Source: Patescibacteria group bacterium
Lineage (GTDB): Bacteria > Patescibacteriota > Patescibacteriia > Magasanikbacterales > UBA922
Assembly (NCBI GenBank): GCA_028687045.1
Contig: JAQUAW010000002.1
Span: 1-60,260 of the forward strand
Direction of reading: 5' to 3'
DNA: 60,260 nt
This document shows, piece by piece, positions 26,476-35,483 of this stretch. Below the pieces are notes generated by a model. It saw nothing but the letters and a program-made list of their open reading frames with translations, ran no database searches and had not been told where the DNA came from. How positions within the stretch are numbered: position 1 is the first letter of the stretch; every line of letters begins with the position of its first letter. The position numbers were made by a program, and so were the translations under genes.

Positions 26476-26964
26476 TTAAAGTGTAACTTCTCTATGACTA
26501 TGGTCTAGTTTACCTATATTTACATCTCCTACTATTGCCCCTACTGCCATATTGATTATGTCATACTTAGCTATGAATTCTGCCATTTTGCCTTCAGAAA
26601 TATCAGTTTCATTTTTTAGCTTTTTCATTTTGGTAAATATAACTGTTCTATCTCTATGGGCAAGAGTTCTTTGTTCACGTATTGGTGTGCCTTTTGGACC
26701 CATCACGTCAATTGCTAATAATTCTGTAAGATTGTGTTTTGATTCAAATTCAGCAAACATTGTTTCAAGTTCGGCAACTTCTGGTTCGCAATCTCTTTTT
26801 GTTTCTGGTATCACAACAGCATGTCTTGTTTCAGCCTGTTCAACAAGTTCTCTAGCTTGTTTTTCTGTATAGTTAGGTATTCCTTCCGTATCTATTTTTG
26901 CTTCTTTTAATTTATCATTAGTTGGCTCTTCTGTAGGTTCTGGTCCTGGTTTATCTATTCCCAT
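26476..26964 (-). CDS. hypothetical protein (162 aa)
   Basis: ORF tightly packed (6-nt gap) with the HAD gene; no motif recognised. Confidence 0.5.
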   Translation of the reverse strand: MGIDKPGPEPTEEPTNDKLKEAKIDTEGIPNYTEKQARELVEQAETRHAVVIPETKRDCEPEVAELETMFAEFESKHNLTELLAIDVMGPKGTPIREQRTLAHRDRTVIFTKMKKLKNETDISEGKMAEFIAKYDIINMAVGAIVGDVNIGKLDHSHREVTL

Positions 26965-27021
26965 ATTATATTTTAGTTAATAATAACTTAGTTAGTATAG
27001 CACATTTTTTTAATGTGTATT

Positions 27022-27330
27022 TTAATCAATTTTTTCTACCAATATATCAGATTCATCCATGAATTTATCAATAGTCGCTGTGTCTATATATTCAGGTAAA
27101 TAATTTATAGTAATTTTAGAATTAAGTATTGTCCCATTTTTGTCTTCTTTGTCGTCTATAAGCATAACACCTTCTGGTGAGCGGGGGAGTTGTCGACCAG
27201 TCATGACTTCTTGTCCCCAAAAAGAAACGCTATTGTGAAATTGTTTTTTTGTTTCTTCATTTTTCCAGCCAAGGAATTTGTAGTGAATTTTTTTGTAAGG
27301 ATTTTTGAAAAATTTTATGAACTGTATCAT
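27022..27330 (-). CDS. hypothetical protein (102 aa)
   Basis: ORF in the same-strand run; no motif recognised. Confidence 0.45.
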   Translation of the reverse strand: MIQFIKFFKNPYKKIHYKFLGWKNEETKKQFHNSVSFWGQEVMTGRQLPRSPEGVMLIDDKEDKNGTILNSKITINYLPEYIDTATIDKFMDESDILVEKID

Positions 27331-27345
27331 AACATTTTTTTATTT

Positions 27346-28044
27346 TTAATTCACAACTTTATAAATCAATTGTAAATAAGAATTTTTTAGTTTATTTACT
27401 TTTTGCAAATTCAGAGCTTTGATATTTTGCAAGTCTTTGTCTGTTTTGAGAGATGCTCCATTGACTAATGTAGAAGTGTTTCTACCACCAACTAAACAAG
27501 GTGCGACAACGATAGAAACTCTGTCTATCAAACCATTTCGAATTAGTTCGGCATTCATCTCACCACCAGATTGGATAGTGATTCTTTTCATTCCATATTT
27601 TTCTTTTAGTTCTACAAAAAGATTTTCCAGGTTTATCTTTTTTGCTTGGTAGATTATTTCTAGATTTTCAATATTTTTCATTTTGAAAGCTGGATGATTT
27701 TTGTTGGTGGTAACTAAATATAATTTTTTCACCCAGTTGGTTAAGTAAATTACACCTTGTGTATTCAAATGTGGTTTGTTGTCTACGATTATGAAATTAC
27801 AAGATATTTTTTGTTTGGCATCTTTCCTAGTATTCACACCAATTTTTGCCATTACTCGTCCAGTATTGAAAGAATTGATGTCTGTAGTTTTTTCAAGTTC
27901 ATAATATTGATACAATCCTTCTTTGATACCTTTTATTTTTGGTAAATCTTGATCAAAGTCGCGACTGTCAGTATCACCACTAGATATTTTGCCGTCTAGT
28001 GAAGTAAGTAGATAAAGAGTTTTTTTTGGGATATTTTTTGGCAT
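27346..28044 (-). CDS. RibD C-terminal domain / dihydrofolate-reductase-like protein
   Basis: LLTSLDGKISSG N-terminal motif and ...GGEMNAELIRNGLIDRVSIVVAP typical of the RibD_C fold. Confidence 0.55.
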   Translation of the reverse strand: MPKNIPKKTLYLLTSLDGKISSGDTDSRDFDQDLPKIKGIKEGLYQYYELEKTTDINSFNTGRVMAKIGVNTRKDAKQKISCNFIIVDNKPHLNTQGVIYLTNWVKKLYLVTTNKNHPAFKMKNIENLEIIYQAKKINLENLFVELKEKYGMKRITIQSGGEMNAELIRNGLIDRVSIVVAPCLVGGRNTSTLVNGASLKTDKDLQNIKALNLQKVNKLKNSYLQLIYKVVN

Positions 28045-28109
28045 AGTGTTTGTTATTTGAATAATGTCTTTATTATGCTATTTATAATATATATGTCAAG
28101 TTTTTTATT

Positions 28110-29537
28110 TTACTTATTCAAATCCATAAACTTTTTCACTCTCTCATCTATAAAAATGTACTTAGCAAGTAGGGGAGTCGTGAGTGTCATGCCTTCGAGC
28201 GTACGACAGCGACTGAGCGCGACATAAGCTTGACCGTGGACAAAGGTACCATAACCAAAGTCAATATGAACCTTATCAAAAGTCTTGCCTTGGCCTTTGT
28301 GAATAGTCACTGCCCAAGAAAGTTTTATGGGAAGCTGAGTGAAACTGCCTGCGACTTCTGGTTGAATTTTACCACTTTCTTTGTCAAAGACAAAGCGGAT
28401 AGAATCGCGAGTAAAAGGGTTGATATCTTCAAAAGTGTTGTCGTCAAAAAGTACACGCACTGAATCTTTGTCAGTTTTGATAATTTTTACAATATCGCCA
28501 TTGACCCAGCGACTGAGTGGATCGTTGTTTAGAAGCATGACTTGAGAGCCGACTTTCAAAGTAAGACTTTTGTCAGTTGGCAAATCTTTTTCTCTGAATT
28601 CTCCCGAAATACTACCTTCGTAAGTCACTGGTTTGTCTTTTAGTTTCGTCATTTCTGTTCTATTGATAGCGTCGGCTGTGCTGTTGGTTGGGACGAGAGA
28701 CAAAACAAATTCTTTGTCTGGTTTTTTGTAATTTGGCACGAAGCGGGAATTGATTAGTTCGACATCTTTTTGGTTGAAAGTACAAGTGCGAATATTATCC
28801 AGAGCTTTGATAAAAGTGTTTTGTTTTTTGCTATCTTGTCTATACATTTTGGTCAATTCTTTTTTGACAAAATTGGCTTCAGCAAATACTCGGGAATCAA
28901 AGAAATAAGGACTTTCATAATTTATTTTGAAAAACATTTCTTCTTCGGAAGTGACAATAGGTGGTAGCTGAAACAAATCGCCAATTGCAAAAATCTGTAC
29001 ACCACCAAAAGGCAAGTCCCCACGTCTGCCGTTGAGGCGCATGAATTTGTCGACGAGGTCGAGCAGGTCGGCGCGGACCATAGATATTTCGTCAATGATA
29101 ATGATATCTATTTTTTGGTAAATATTGTCTTCGTCGTTGTGTAGGCGACGGATACTATCAAGAGTGGTTTGAGGGTGAAAGCGGAAGAAAGAGTGGATAG
29201 TCTGGCCTTGGACATTGATAGCGGCGACGCCGGTGAAAGCCAAAACCACGACATTTTTCTTAGTTGTCGCGCGGAAGTGTTTGAGGAAGTGAGATTTACC
29301 TGTGCCGGCTTTGCCAGTCAGGAAGATGTTTCTATCGCTATTTTCCAGCAGGTCGATTATTTCTCTTTTTTCTTTGTTTAAGTCAAAATCGTTTGGGGCT
29401 TCAATATTTGCAAACTTCTGGCTTTCACGTCGTTTTCTGGTGGCTTTCTTGAAAAAAGTTTTGAAATTTGATGATTCTTCTGGTTTTGTTTGTTTTGTTG
29501 TTCTTTTGATATGTTTTGGTTTAGATTTTAGGTTGCT
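28110..29537 (-). CDS. PIF1/RecD-family helicase; start codon unresolved
   Basis: Walker A FLTGKAGTGKSH (29322-29289), TGVAAINV.GQTIHSFF, Walker B IIIIDEISMV, GDLFQLPPI, AVTIHKGQGKTF, and AYVALSRCR. The frame is open to 29537, but the first ATG/GTG/TTG is GTG 29249, downstream of Walker A. Confidence 0.8.
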   Translation of the reverse strand, partial: SNLKSKPKHIKRTTKQTKPEESSNFKTFFKKATRKRRESQKFANIEAPNDFDLNKEKREIIDLLENSDRNIFLTGKAGTGKSHFLKHFRATTKKNVVVLAFTGVAAINVQGQTIHSFFRFHPQTTLDSIRRLHNDEDNIYQKIDIIIIDEISMVRADLLDLVDKFMRLNGRRGDLPFGGVQIFAIGDLFQLPPIVTSEEEMFFKINYESPYFFDSRVFAEANFVKKELTKMYRQDSKKQNTFIKALDNIRTCTFNQKDVELINSRFVPNYKKPDKEFVLSLVPTNSTADAINRTEMTKLKDKPVTYEGSISGEFREKDLPTDKSLTLKVGSQVMLLNNDPLSRWVNGDIVKIIKTDKDSVRVLFDDNTFEDINPFTRDSIRFVFDKESGKIQPEVAGSFTQLPIKLSWAVTIHKGQGKTFDKVHIDFGYGTFVHGQAYVALSRCRTLEGMTLTTPLLAKYIFIDERVKKFMDLNK

Positions 29538-29585
29538 TTATTATATCATAAAACTTGTTAGTTAGACTATTGTATTATGAAATAA

Positions 29586-29614
29586 TTGAAATATACAATT
29601 TATTGAAGTATAAT
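29586..29614 (+). promoter_or_regulatory. sigma70-type promoter of the DUF3800 gene
   Basis: TTGAAA (29586-91), 17-nt spacer, TATAAT (29609-14). Confidence 0.65.
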
Positions 29615-29638
29615 ATTATTGAATTTATAAATAAAATT

Positions 29639-30283
29639 ATGATTGTAATATATTTAGACGAATCTGGTGCTTTGAATAATATAAAAAGACAAAGATATTT
29701 TGTGATAGGTGCTTTAGTGATTGAGACAGAGAAAAATTGGAAAAAACTTAAAAATTTATATAGAAAGTTATATGTAAAACATTGTTTACCTAATAAAATA
29801 AATGAATTACATGCTAGTAAATTAGATTTACCTATTAAACAAGATATATTACAAAGTCTAAATAATCTTGCTTGTTTTCGGCTTGATTATATTGTTACAG
29901 ATAAAGTACATCTTAATCCAGAACTTTTTAAAGAAAAAAATATTTGTTATAACTATTTAGTCACTCAACTTGTAAAAAAAATTGTCAAGAATTATCAAGA
30001 ACCTGTAAAAGTTATATTAGATAATCATACTATAAAAGTCAAATCTTTGAATTCTTTAAGAGATCATATTCTAATAGAAGCTAGAACTAAATGGAATTTC
30101 AATCATAATATTGAAGTGGTTTTGATGGATTCAAAAAACTCTAAAGGAGTACAGTTGGTAGATGTTGTTGTAAATGCTATTTTTGCAAAATATAATTATA
30201 ACAAAGTACATCTTTATAATATAAATGATTCTAATTATAGGCATAGGATTAGATTTCCATATGCAAAATTTGGACAAATTTAA
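29639..30283 (+). CDS. DUF3800 domain protein
   Basis: N-terminal IYLDESG motif and C-terminal GVQLVDVVVNAI (Q..D) motif are characteristic of DUF3800. Start set at ATG 29639. Confidence 0.7.
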   Translation: MIVIYLDESGALNNIKRQRYFVIGALVIETEKNWKKLKNLYRKLYVKHCLPNKINELHASKLDLPIKQDILQSLNNLACFRLDYIVTDKVHLNPELFKEKNICYNYLVTQLVKKIVKNYQEPVKVILDNHTIKVKSLNSLRDHILIEARTKWNFNHNIEVVLMDSKNSKGVQLVDVVVNAIFAKYNYNKVHLYNINDSNYRHRIRFPYAKFGQI

Positions 30284-30304
30284 AATCACCCCTCAGGGTG
30301 ATTT
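30283..30304. terminator. bidirectional hairpin AAATCACCC-ctca-GGGTGATTT
   Basis: Perfect 9-bp stem between convergent genes. Confidence 0.75.
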
Positions 30305-30436
30305 ATGTCTGTCTATGGTTCGGTGCACTTAGAGTACACTTACTTATATTAAGCTCCCCATAGAACTTATGACATTATTAATATAACTTTTTTTTGGTGT
30401 TTTGTCAATATTGATAGTTATTTCTGTGGATATTTT

Positions 30437-30862
30437 TTATCCCATTATTGAAATTTCATGATCAACGTCTTTTTTGTAGTCGATTGATTCTTTTTCTGTA
30501 AGTCCACCAATACTTGTTAGTTCTGATAATGCTTTTTCAAAAATTTTATAAAAATAATCACCTTGGCTTTCTTTCTCGATTATTCCTGAATATACATGAT
30601 ATCTACCACTAGCTAATAATTCAGAACTCATGTCTACAATTAACCTGTAGATTATTTTTTTTGCTCCTAGTTTTTTAAAAGCCTTTTCATTTTCATTTGG
30701 ATCTCTATATATTGTTTCTTTAACATATTTTTTTATAAAATTGAATGAATATTCATAGGCTTCATTCGTTTCATAAGTTATAAAATTTTTTGTTTCTTTT
30801 TCTAAAGATTCTAAAAGTGTTTTTGTTGCGTCATTTGGAAGAATTTTGTTTAATAAAGACAT
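30437..30862 (-). CDS. hypothetical protein (141 aa)
   Basis: ORF between DUF3800 and the ParB-like gene; no motif recognised. Confidence 0.5.
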   Translation of the reverse strand: MSLLNKILPNDATKTLLESLEKETKNFITYETNEAYEYSFNFIKKYVKETIYRDPNENEKAFKKLGAKKIIYRLIVDMSSELLASGRYHVYSGIIEKESQGDYFYKIFEKALSELTSIGGLTEKESIDYKKDVDHEISIMG

Positions 30863-30957
30863 AATTAATCAATTAATCAATCAATTTCTCGTGGCTTTGC
30901 CACGGAGTAATTCATTGTGTGAATATATTTTATTGTTTGTTTTTCATATTTTTTAAA

Positions 30958-31488
30958 TTATTTATCCCAATAAAATGAATCTTCTTGGAAATTTTTTTCA
31001 GTTATCTTTTGTGGTTTACCTATAAATGTATTAATAACAAATTTATTAATGACATTTTCTTCTTGTAATATTGTGCAGGCTGTTAAACGATGGTTACCAT
31101 CTAGTATATCGTATCCATTTTTTGTTGTAATTAAAATCACTGGTTTTGGTAAAGAATTATATTTTTTTATATATTTAATTATATTTATAATTCTTTGATA
31201 TCCATTTTTTGTTTGCCCATCTTCTTTATTTTTGTAATAGTTTACCATATTAATAATATTATTTTTATATAAGGTTGAAAGTTTTATTTCGTCAAATAAA
31301 ACTTTTTGTTTTTTCCATTTTATTTTATTCCACCAATCAATTGATTTGTACATTAAAATAGGACCTAAAGTTTCGTGTTTAGGCGGCCAACCTTTTTCTT
31401 TTGCAAAAGGTAATAGCCAGTCTTTAATTACTTGATCTGGCATGTTAGGTAAATCTTTTTTTATTTTTTTTAATAAATTATTTATCAT
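30958..31488 (-). CDS. ParB/Srx-like nuclease domain protein
   Basis: YDILDGNHRL motif (DGxHR of the ParB N-terminal/sulfiredoxin fold). Confidence 0.55.
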   Translation of the reverse strand: MINNLLKKIKKDLPNMPDQVIKDWLLPFAKEKGWPPKHETLGPILMYKSIDWWNKIKWKKQKVLFDEIKLSTLYKNNIINMVNYYKNKEDGQTKNGYQRIINIIKYIKKYNSLPKPVILITTKNGYDILDGNHRLTACTILQEENVINKFVINTFIGKPQKITEKNFQEDSFYWDK

Positions 31489-31646
31489 TCATTTTTAATA
31501 AATTATATATTATATTTATACTACCCCTTTATTGTAATTATCGCAAATATATAAAAAATAGATATTTTTAAAAAAACTGAAAATAAAACTAAAAGTTATT
31601 CACATTATAATAACAAAAACAGCTAATTTAGCTGTTTTTTTCTTCG

Positions 31647-31717
31647 TTCGGGGATAGGGATTCGAACCCCAATAGTCAGGATCAAAACCTGAAGTCCTAC
31701 CATTAGACGATCCCCGA
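31647..31717 (-). tRNA. tRNA-Gln (anticodon UUG)
   Basis: Manual cloverleaf on the minus strand: U1-A72 acceptor TCGGGGA/TCCCCGA, TCAGG-TTTTGAT-CCTGA, TGGGG-TTCGAAT-CCCTA. Confidence 0.9.
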
Positions 31718-31789
31718 ATGTTTAAGCCTTAGCTTCACAGAAAACATAATATCACAATAAAGACTTGAAATCAAGTCTTTATGTGGACA

Positions 31790-32473
31790 TTATTTTATAT
31801 CAAACAACACTGGTATCTCTAGCGCTTCATCATACTCAGGCAAGCCAGATGGATTATCTTTCTTGAGTATTAGACTACCATTATTTTTGTAGGTCGGTGT
31901 TTGGAAAGTCAGTGTCGCTTCAAAGGGTACGAAATCTTCAGTCATCCAGTCACTCTTGGCTGTAGCAATACCTTGCGCGATGATGATTCCATCCCAATCA
32001 GTCAAGACGACAGGGAAACTTGCTTCGAAAAACCAAGTACCACGAGCTTTACCGGTGATAGTGAGAGGACTAGTGATTATTTGGTTTGGTCGAGGATTGT
32101 CTAGAATTATTTTGTCTTGTAGACTCAGTTCGTTGCCGATTTCTTCAGTGAAGTGTTGTCCATCTTTGGTATTGCACTGACGTGGATAACTTTCCATGAC
32201 TGGGTTGCCAGCTGAGACACAGTCGTCGAAATTTTCTATCTTGAAAGCATCTGCGAACTCAGGACAATATTCTTCCCACATTCTTTGACATTTTTCGTTG
32301 CTTGTACACCAACTATAACCAGCACCGACTAGACAACCATTGTCGTCCTTGTCACCGCCGATGATTATTGGAGCAGGGGAGTTGTTATTTTTTTGCCAGA
32401 AGTATTCACACAGTGCAAACAAACCAATTCCCAAGATTAGTAAACCGCTGAAGATGATGATTGATTTTTTCAT
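31790..32473 (-). CDS. membrane-anchored Gmad2 immunoglobulin-like domain protein
   Basis: N-terminal TM, Cys-rich segment, then ITSPLTITGKARGTWFFEASFPVVL...FEATLTF. Confidence 0.6.
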   Translation of the reverse strand: MKKSIIIFSGLLILGIGLFALCEYFWQKNNNSPAPIIIGGDKDDNGCLVGAGYSWCTSNEKCQRMWEEYCPEFADAFKIENFDDCVSAGNPVMESYPRQCNTKDGQHFTEEIGNELSLQDKIILDNPRPNQIITSPLTITGKARGTWFFEASFPVVLTDWDGIIIAQGIATAKSDWMTEDFVPFEATLTFQTPTYKNNGSLILKKDNPSGLPEYDEALEIPVLFDIK

Positions 32474-32486
32474 ATATTTCTTTTTA

Positions 32487-32587
32487 TTCTCCCCCTACTA
32501 GGGGGAGTTAGAGGGGGTCCATCTTTGAGCAAAACGTTTTATCTTGCTCCAGACCCCACCTAGCCTCCCCTAATAGGGGAGGAAATC
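32487..32587. mobile_element. ~100-bp GC-rich palindromic doublet, copy 2
   Basis: ttctccccctactagggggagttagagggggtcc...gaccccacctagcctcccctaataggggaggaaatc. Confidence 0.85.
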
Positions 32588-32602
32588 TCTAAATAATTTA
32601 AT

Positions 32603-33439
32603 TTATTGCACTGAAATCATTTTTTTATAAAGTGTTATTACTTCTTTGGCTTCTTTGACATCGTGCACTCGTAAGATTTGAGCATCTTTTGTTAGTCCCA
32701 AAGTATTTAGTACGGTCGTGCCGTTTAAGGCTTGCTCTGGAGTCGTGTTAATTACTTTGTTTATCATTGATTTTCGGGAGAAGCCAACTAATACAGGTAG
32801 TCCAAATTTTTGAAAGATTTGCAAATTATTCAAAAGTTCATAATTGTGTTCTACAGTCTTGCCAAAACCAAAACCAGGATCAATGATAATATTTTTTACA
32901 CCAAGTTTTTGGAGCTTGTTTATTTTTTCTGTAAAAAATTGTAATTCCTCTTCACAAATATTTTCATAACTTGGGTTGTCTTGCATGGTTTGTGGTGTAC
33001 CTTGCATATGCATCATGATATATGGTACTTGCAAGTCAGCGACAGTTGTAAACATTTTTTCGTCCATGTTGCCAGCAGAAATATCGTTGATAATACTAGC
33101 ACCAGCTTGGATAGCTTGTCGGGCTACATTACTATGAAAAGTATCAATGGAAATAATAATGTCTGGAAATTTGCTAACTAGTAAATTGATAACAGGAATA
33201 ACTCTGTTTAATTCTTCTTCTTCGCTCACATAGTCAGCACCTGGACGAGAGGAATAGCCTCCGATATCTACAAAAGTTGCGCCATCATCCATCATTGTTT
33301 GGACTTTTTTAATTATGGTTTCTTGGTCAGTATTTTTGCCACCATCATAAAAAGAATCTGGTGTGATATTCAAAACACCCATTACGTGAAGTTCAGCTAG
33401 GTTTATTTCTTTATTTTTTAGGGTAATAATATTTTGCAT
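32603..33439 (-). CDS. folP: dihydropteroate synthase
   Basis: GVLNITPDSFYDGG, DIGGYSSRPGA, IISIDT, INDISAG, DPGFGFGKT, and RVHDV motifs. Confidence 0.95.
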   Translation of the reverse strand: MQNIITLKNKEINLAELHVMGVLNITPDSFYDGGKNTDQETIIKKVQTMMDDGATFVDIGGYSSRPGADYVSEEEELNRVIPVINLLVSKFPDIIISIDTFHSNVARQAIQAGASIINDISAGNMDEKMFTTVADLQVPYIMMHMQGTPQTMQDNPSYENICEEELQFFTEKINKLQKLGVKNIIIDPGFGFGKTVEHNYELLNNLQIFQKFGLPVLVGFSRKSMINKVINTTPEQALNGTTVLNTLGLTKDAQILRVHDVKEAKEVITLYKKMISVQ

Positions 33440-33507
33440 AATTTGATATTTTTATATCTTTAGTATAGCTTGTTTTCCTGAAGTAGAGAAGTACTTATAC
33501 ACAGCTA

Positions 33508-33536
33508 TTGTACAATAATATTTTTTTGTGTATAAT
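33508..33536 (+). promoter_or_regulatory. sigma70-type promoter of csoR
   Basis: TTGTAC (33508-13), 17-nt spacer, TATAAT (33531-36). Confidence 0.55.
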
Positions 33537-33543
33537 AGACCTG

Positions 33544-33561
33544 TACCTATGGTGTAGGTTA
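33544..33561. promoter_or_regulatory. candidate CsoR operator palindrome
   Basis: TACCTA-tggtg-TAGGTT lies just downstream of the -10 box. It resembles TACCC..GGGTA-type CsoR operators, with weaker GC content. Confidence 0.4.
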
Positions 33562-33582
33562 TTTATAATTAAAATAAGATAT

Positions 33583-33867
33583 ATGCAAACAAATTTAAGT
33601 CCAAACAAACAAAAAGCTTTGCTCAATGCCAAAAAAGCTTATACCTCACTTGGTAAAATTATGAAAATGTTGGAAGAAAATAAATATTGTGTAGATATTA
33701 TGCAACAAAATTTGGCAGTAATAGGACTCTTAAAATCTGCCAATAATTTACTTTTGGAAGGTCATTTGAAATCTTGTTTCAAAAATGCGATTGTGAGTAA
33801 CGACGAAGCTAAACAAGAAGAAAAGATTCAGGAGATTATTAGAGTTACGAAGTTGTCACAGAAATAG
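33583..33867 (+). CDS. csoR: metal-sensing transcriptional repressor, CsoR/RcnR (DUF156) family
   Basis: 94 aa with helical-bundle pattern and C...H...C ligand set (YCVDI, GHLKSC). Start moved to ATG 33583. Confidence 0.8.
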   Translation: MQTNLSPNKQKALLNAKKAYTSLGKIMKMLEENKYCVDIMQQNLAVIGLLKSANNLLLEGHLKSCFKNAIVSNDEAKQEEKIQEIIRVTKLSQK

Positions 33868-33943
33868 TAATTAATTTTGATTATTATTTTAGACGTTTAT
33901 TTCGTCTAAAATAATTTGTTAAATAAGTATAATCTTAAGAAAG

Positions 33944-33971
33944 ATCCCTCGTCGTATTCTCGACTCGGGAT
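33944..33971 (+). promoter_or_regulatory. 5'-UTR GC-rich hairpin module, copy c
   Basis: TATAAT (33928-33) cTTAAGAAAG-ATCCC tc GTCG tattct CGAC tc GGGAT; ends 13 nt before ATG 33985. Confidence 0.65.
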
Positions 33972-33984
33972 GATATAAACTCTT

Positions 33985-35337
33985 ATGTCCCAATACAAAA
34001 AAATATATATAAGTGGTATGACTTGTGTGTCATGTGAGCATCTAATTTCTGAAGATGTAAAAAAAATACCAAACGTTGAGAAAGTAGAAGTCTCACACAA
34101 GACTCAAATCGCGCAAGTCTATTTTTCAAACGAAAAGCCGGATAGCCAAGAAATAATAAAGACGATTGAAAAGCTTGGTTATGAAGCTTCCGAAAATCCG
34201 ATTGAAAAAAACAAACAGAAAAAAACAAAAGCCACCGGAGCTCAGTGGGCTTGGTCTCTTTTTATTGTTTTTTGTATTTATCTAGTTTATAAATACTTTT
34301 CTTGGATCGGAGTTTTTGATTGGATCAAAATTGATTCCAAAAATATTGGTTATGGTGCTGCTTTTCTCATCGGTATTGTGGCTTCAATGTCTACTTGTCT
34401 GGCTGTTGTCGGAGCTGTGGTCATGTCTTTTGGTGCCAAATACAAAACTGTAGAAAATAAGTTTAGCAAAAATGCCAAACCACATTTACTTTTTCACGCT
34501 GGACGTATTGGTGGATTTTTCTTGTTGGGTGGATTGCTAGGAATTCTTGGTAACTTCGTCCAATTTTCAACAAGTGTACTTAGTATCTTCACTATTTTGA
34601 TTGCTCTTGTGCTTTTTTGGCTGGCCTTAAATATTTTGGGATTTTTGCCTTCAATGACAACTCTAGGAATTCACATGCCAAAAAAGAGTATGGGCGTTTG
34701 GAACAAATTGAAAGATTCTGAGCATTCTATGGCGCCAATTCTTTTGGGAGCTTTTACTTTCTTTTTGCCTTGTGGTTTCACTCAAAGTATGCAACTTTTT
34801 GCTGTCAGTTCGGGCAACTTTTGGGTCGGTGGTTTGACTTTGGCTATTTTTGCTCTTGGAACTAGTCCTTTATTATTTAGTATTGGGATGGCGAGTAGTA
34901 AAGCTAGTAGTAAGAAAAATGTAGTACTTCAAAAAGTTATTGGTTTCATTATTTTTATCTTTGCTTTTTATACTTTGTCATCGGGATTAGCTGTTCGTGG
35001 TATTGGTTTGACTGATTTTTTGAAAAATACAACTGCACAAAGTAATTCTGCAGTATCTGTCGTAAATTCAGAAGGTGTACAAGTGGTCAAAATGGCGGTG
35101 GAATATAGTGGTTACAATCCAGATGTGATCAAAATAAAAGCCGGTGTGCCAGTGCGTTGGGAAATAGATGGTAAACAAGTGTCTGGTTGTACTAGCGAAA
35201 TTGTAATTCCAGATTTGAATATTAAGAAAAAATTAAACACAGGTCTAAATGTTGTAGAATTCACAGCTACAGAAAAAGGAACTTTGAATTTTAGTTGTTG
35301 GATGGGAATGGTGCGAGGACGTTTTATTGTGGAATAG
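33985..35337 (+). CDS. fusion protein: HMA domain + TauE/SafE-like permease + C-terminal cupredoxin-like domain
   Basis: N-terminal GMTCVSCE HMA motif, six or more TM segments, and a C-terminal beta-rich segment with ...SGCTSEIVIP...FSCWMGM. Confidence 0.7.
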   Translation: MSQYKKIYISGMTCVSCEHLISEDVKKIPNVEKVEVSHKTQIAQVYFSNEKPDSQEIIKTIEKLGYEASENPIEKNKQKKTKATGAQWAWSLFIVFCIYLVYKYFSWIGVFDWIKIDSKNIGYGAAFLIGIVASMSTCLAVVGAVVMSFGAKYKTVENKFSKNAKPHLLFHAGRIGGFFLLGGLLGILGNFVQFSTSVLSIFTILIALVLFWLALNILGFLPSMTTLGIHMPKKSMGVWNKLKDSEHSMAPILLGAFTFFLPCGFTQSMQLFAVSSGNFWVGGLTLAIFALGTSPLLFSIGMASSKASSKKNVVLQKVIGFIIFIFAFYTLSSGLAVRGIGLTDFLKNTTAQSNSAVSVVNSEGVQVVKMAVEYSGYNPDVIKIKAGVPVRWEIDGKQVSGCTSEIVIPDLNIKKKLNTGLNVVEFTATEKGTLNFSCWMGMVRGRFIVE

Positions 35338-35348
35338 TCCTGACTTGG

Positions 35349-35450
35349 TTCTCCCCCTAGTAGGGGGAGTTAGAGGGGGTCTATCTTTGAGCTAAACGTT
35401 TTATCTTGCTAAAGACCCCTCCTAGCCTCCCCTAATAAGGGAGGAAATCG
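35349..35450. mobile_element. ~100-bp GC-rich palindromic doublet, copy 3
   Basis: ggttctccccctagtagggggagttagagggggtct...gacccctcctagcctcccctaataagggaggaaatc; same orientation as copy 2. Confidence 0.85.
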
Positions 35451-35483
35451 TTAAGTAAATTTAAAATTCTTTAACAAAGCTTT

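Noticed and set aside
31647-31717. Bounded genomic island with att repeats at tRNA-Gln
   Set aside because: I found no second copy of the tRNA 3' segment (ggattcgaacccc...) near 28050-28110 or 26470, and no integrase. Only the weaker 'accessory block' claim is retained.
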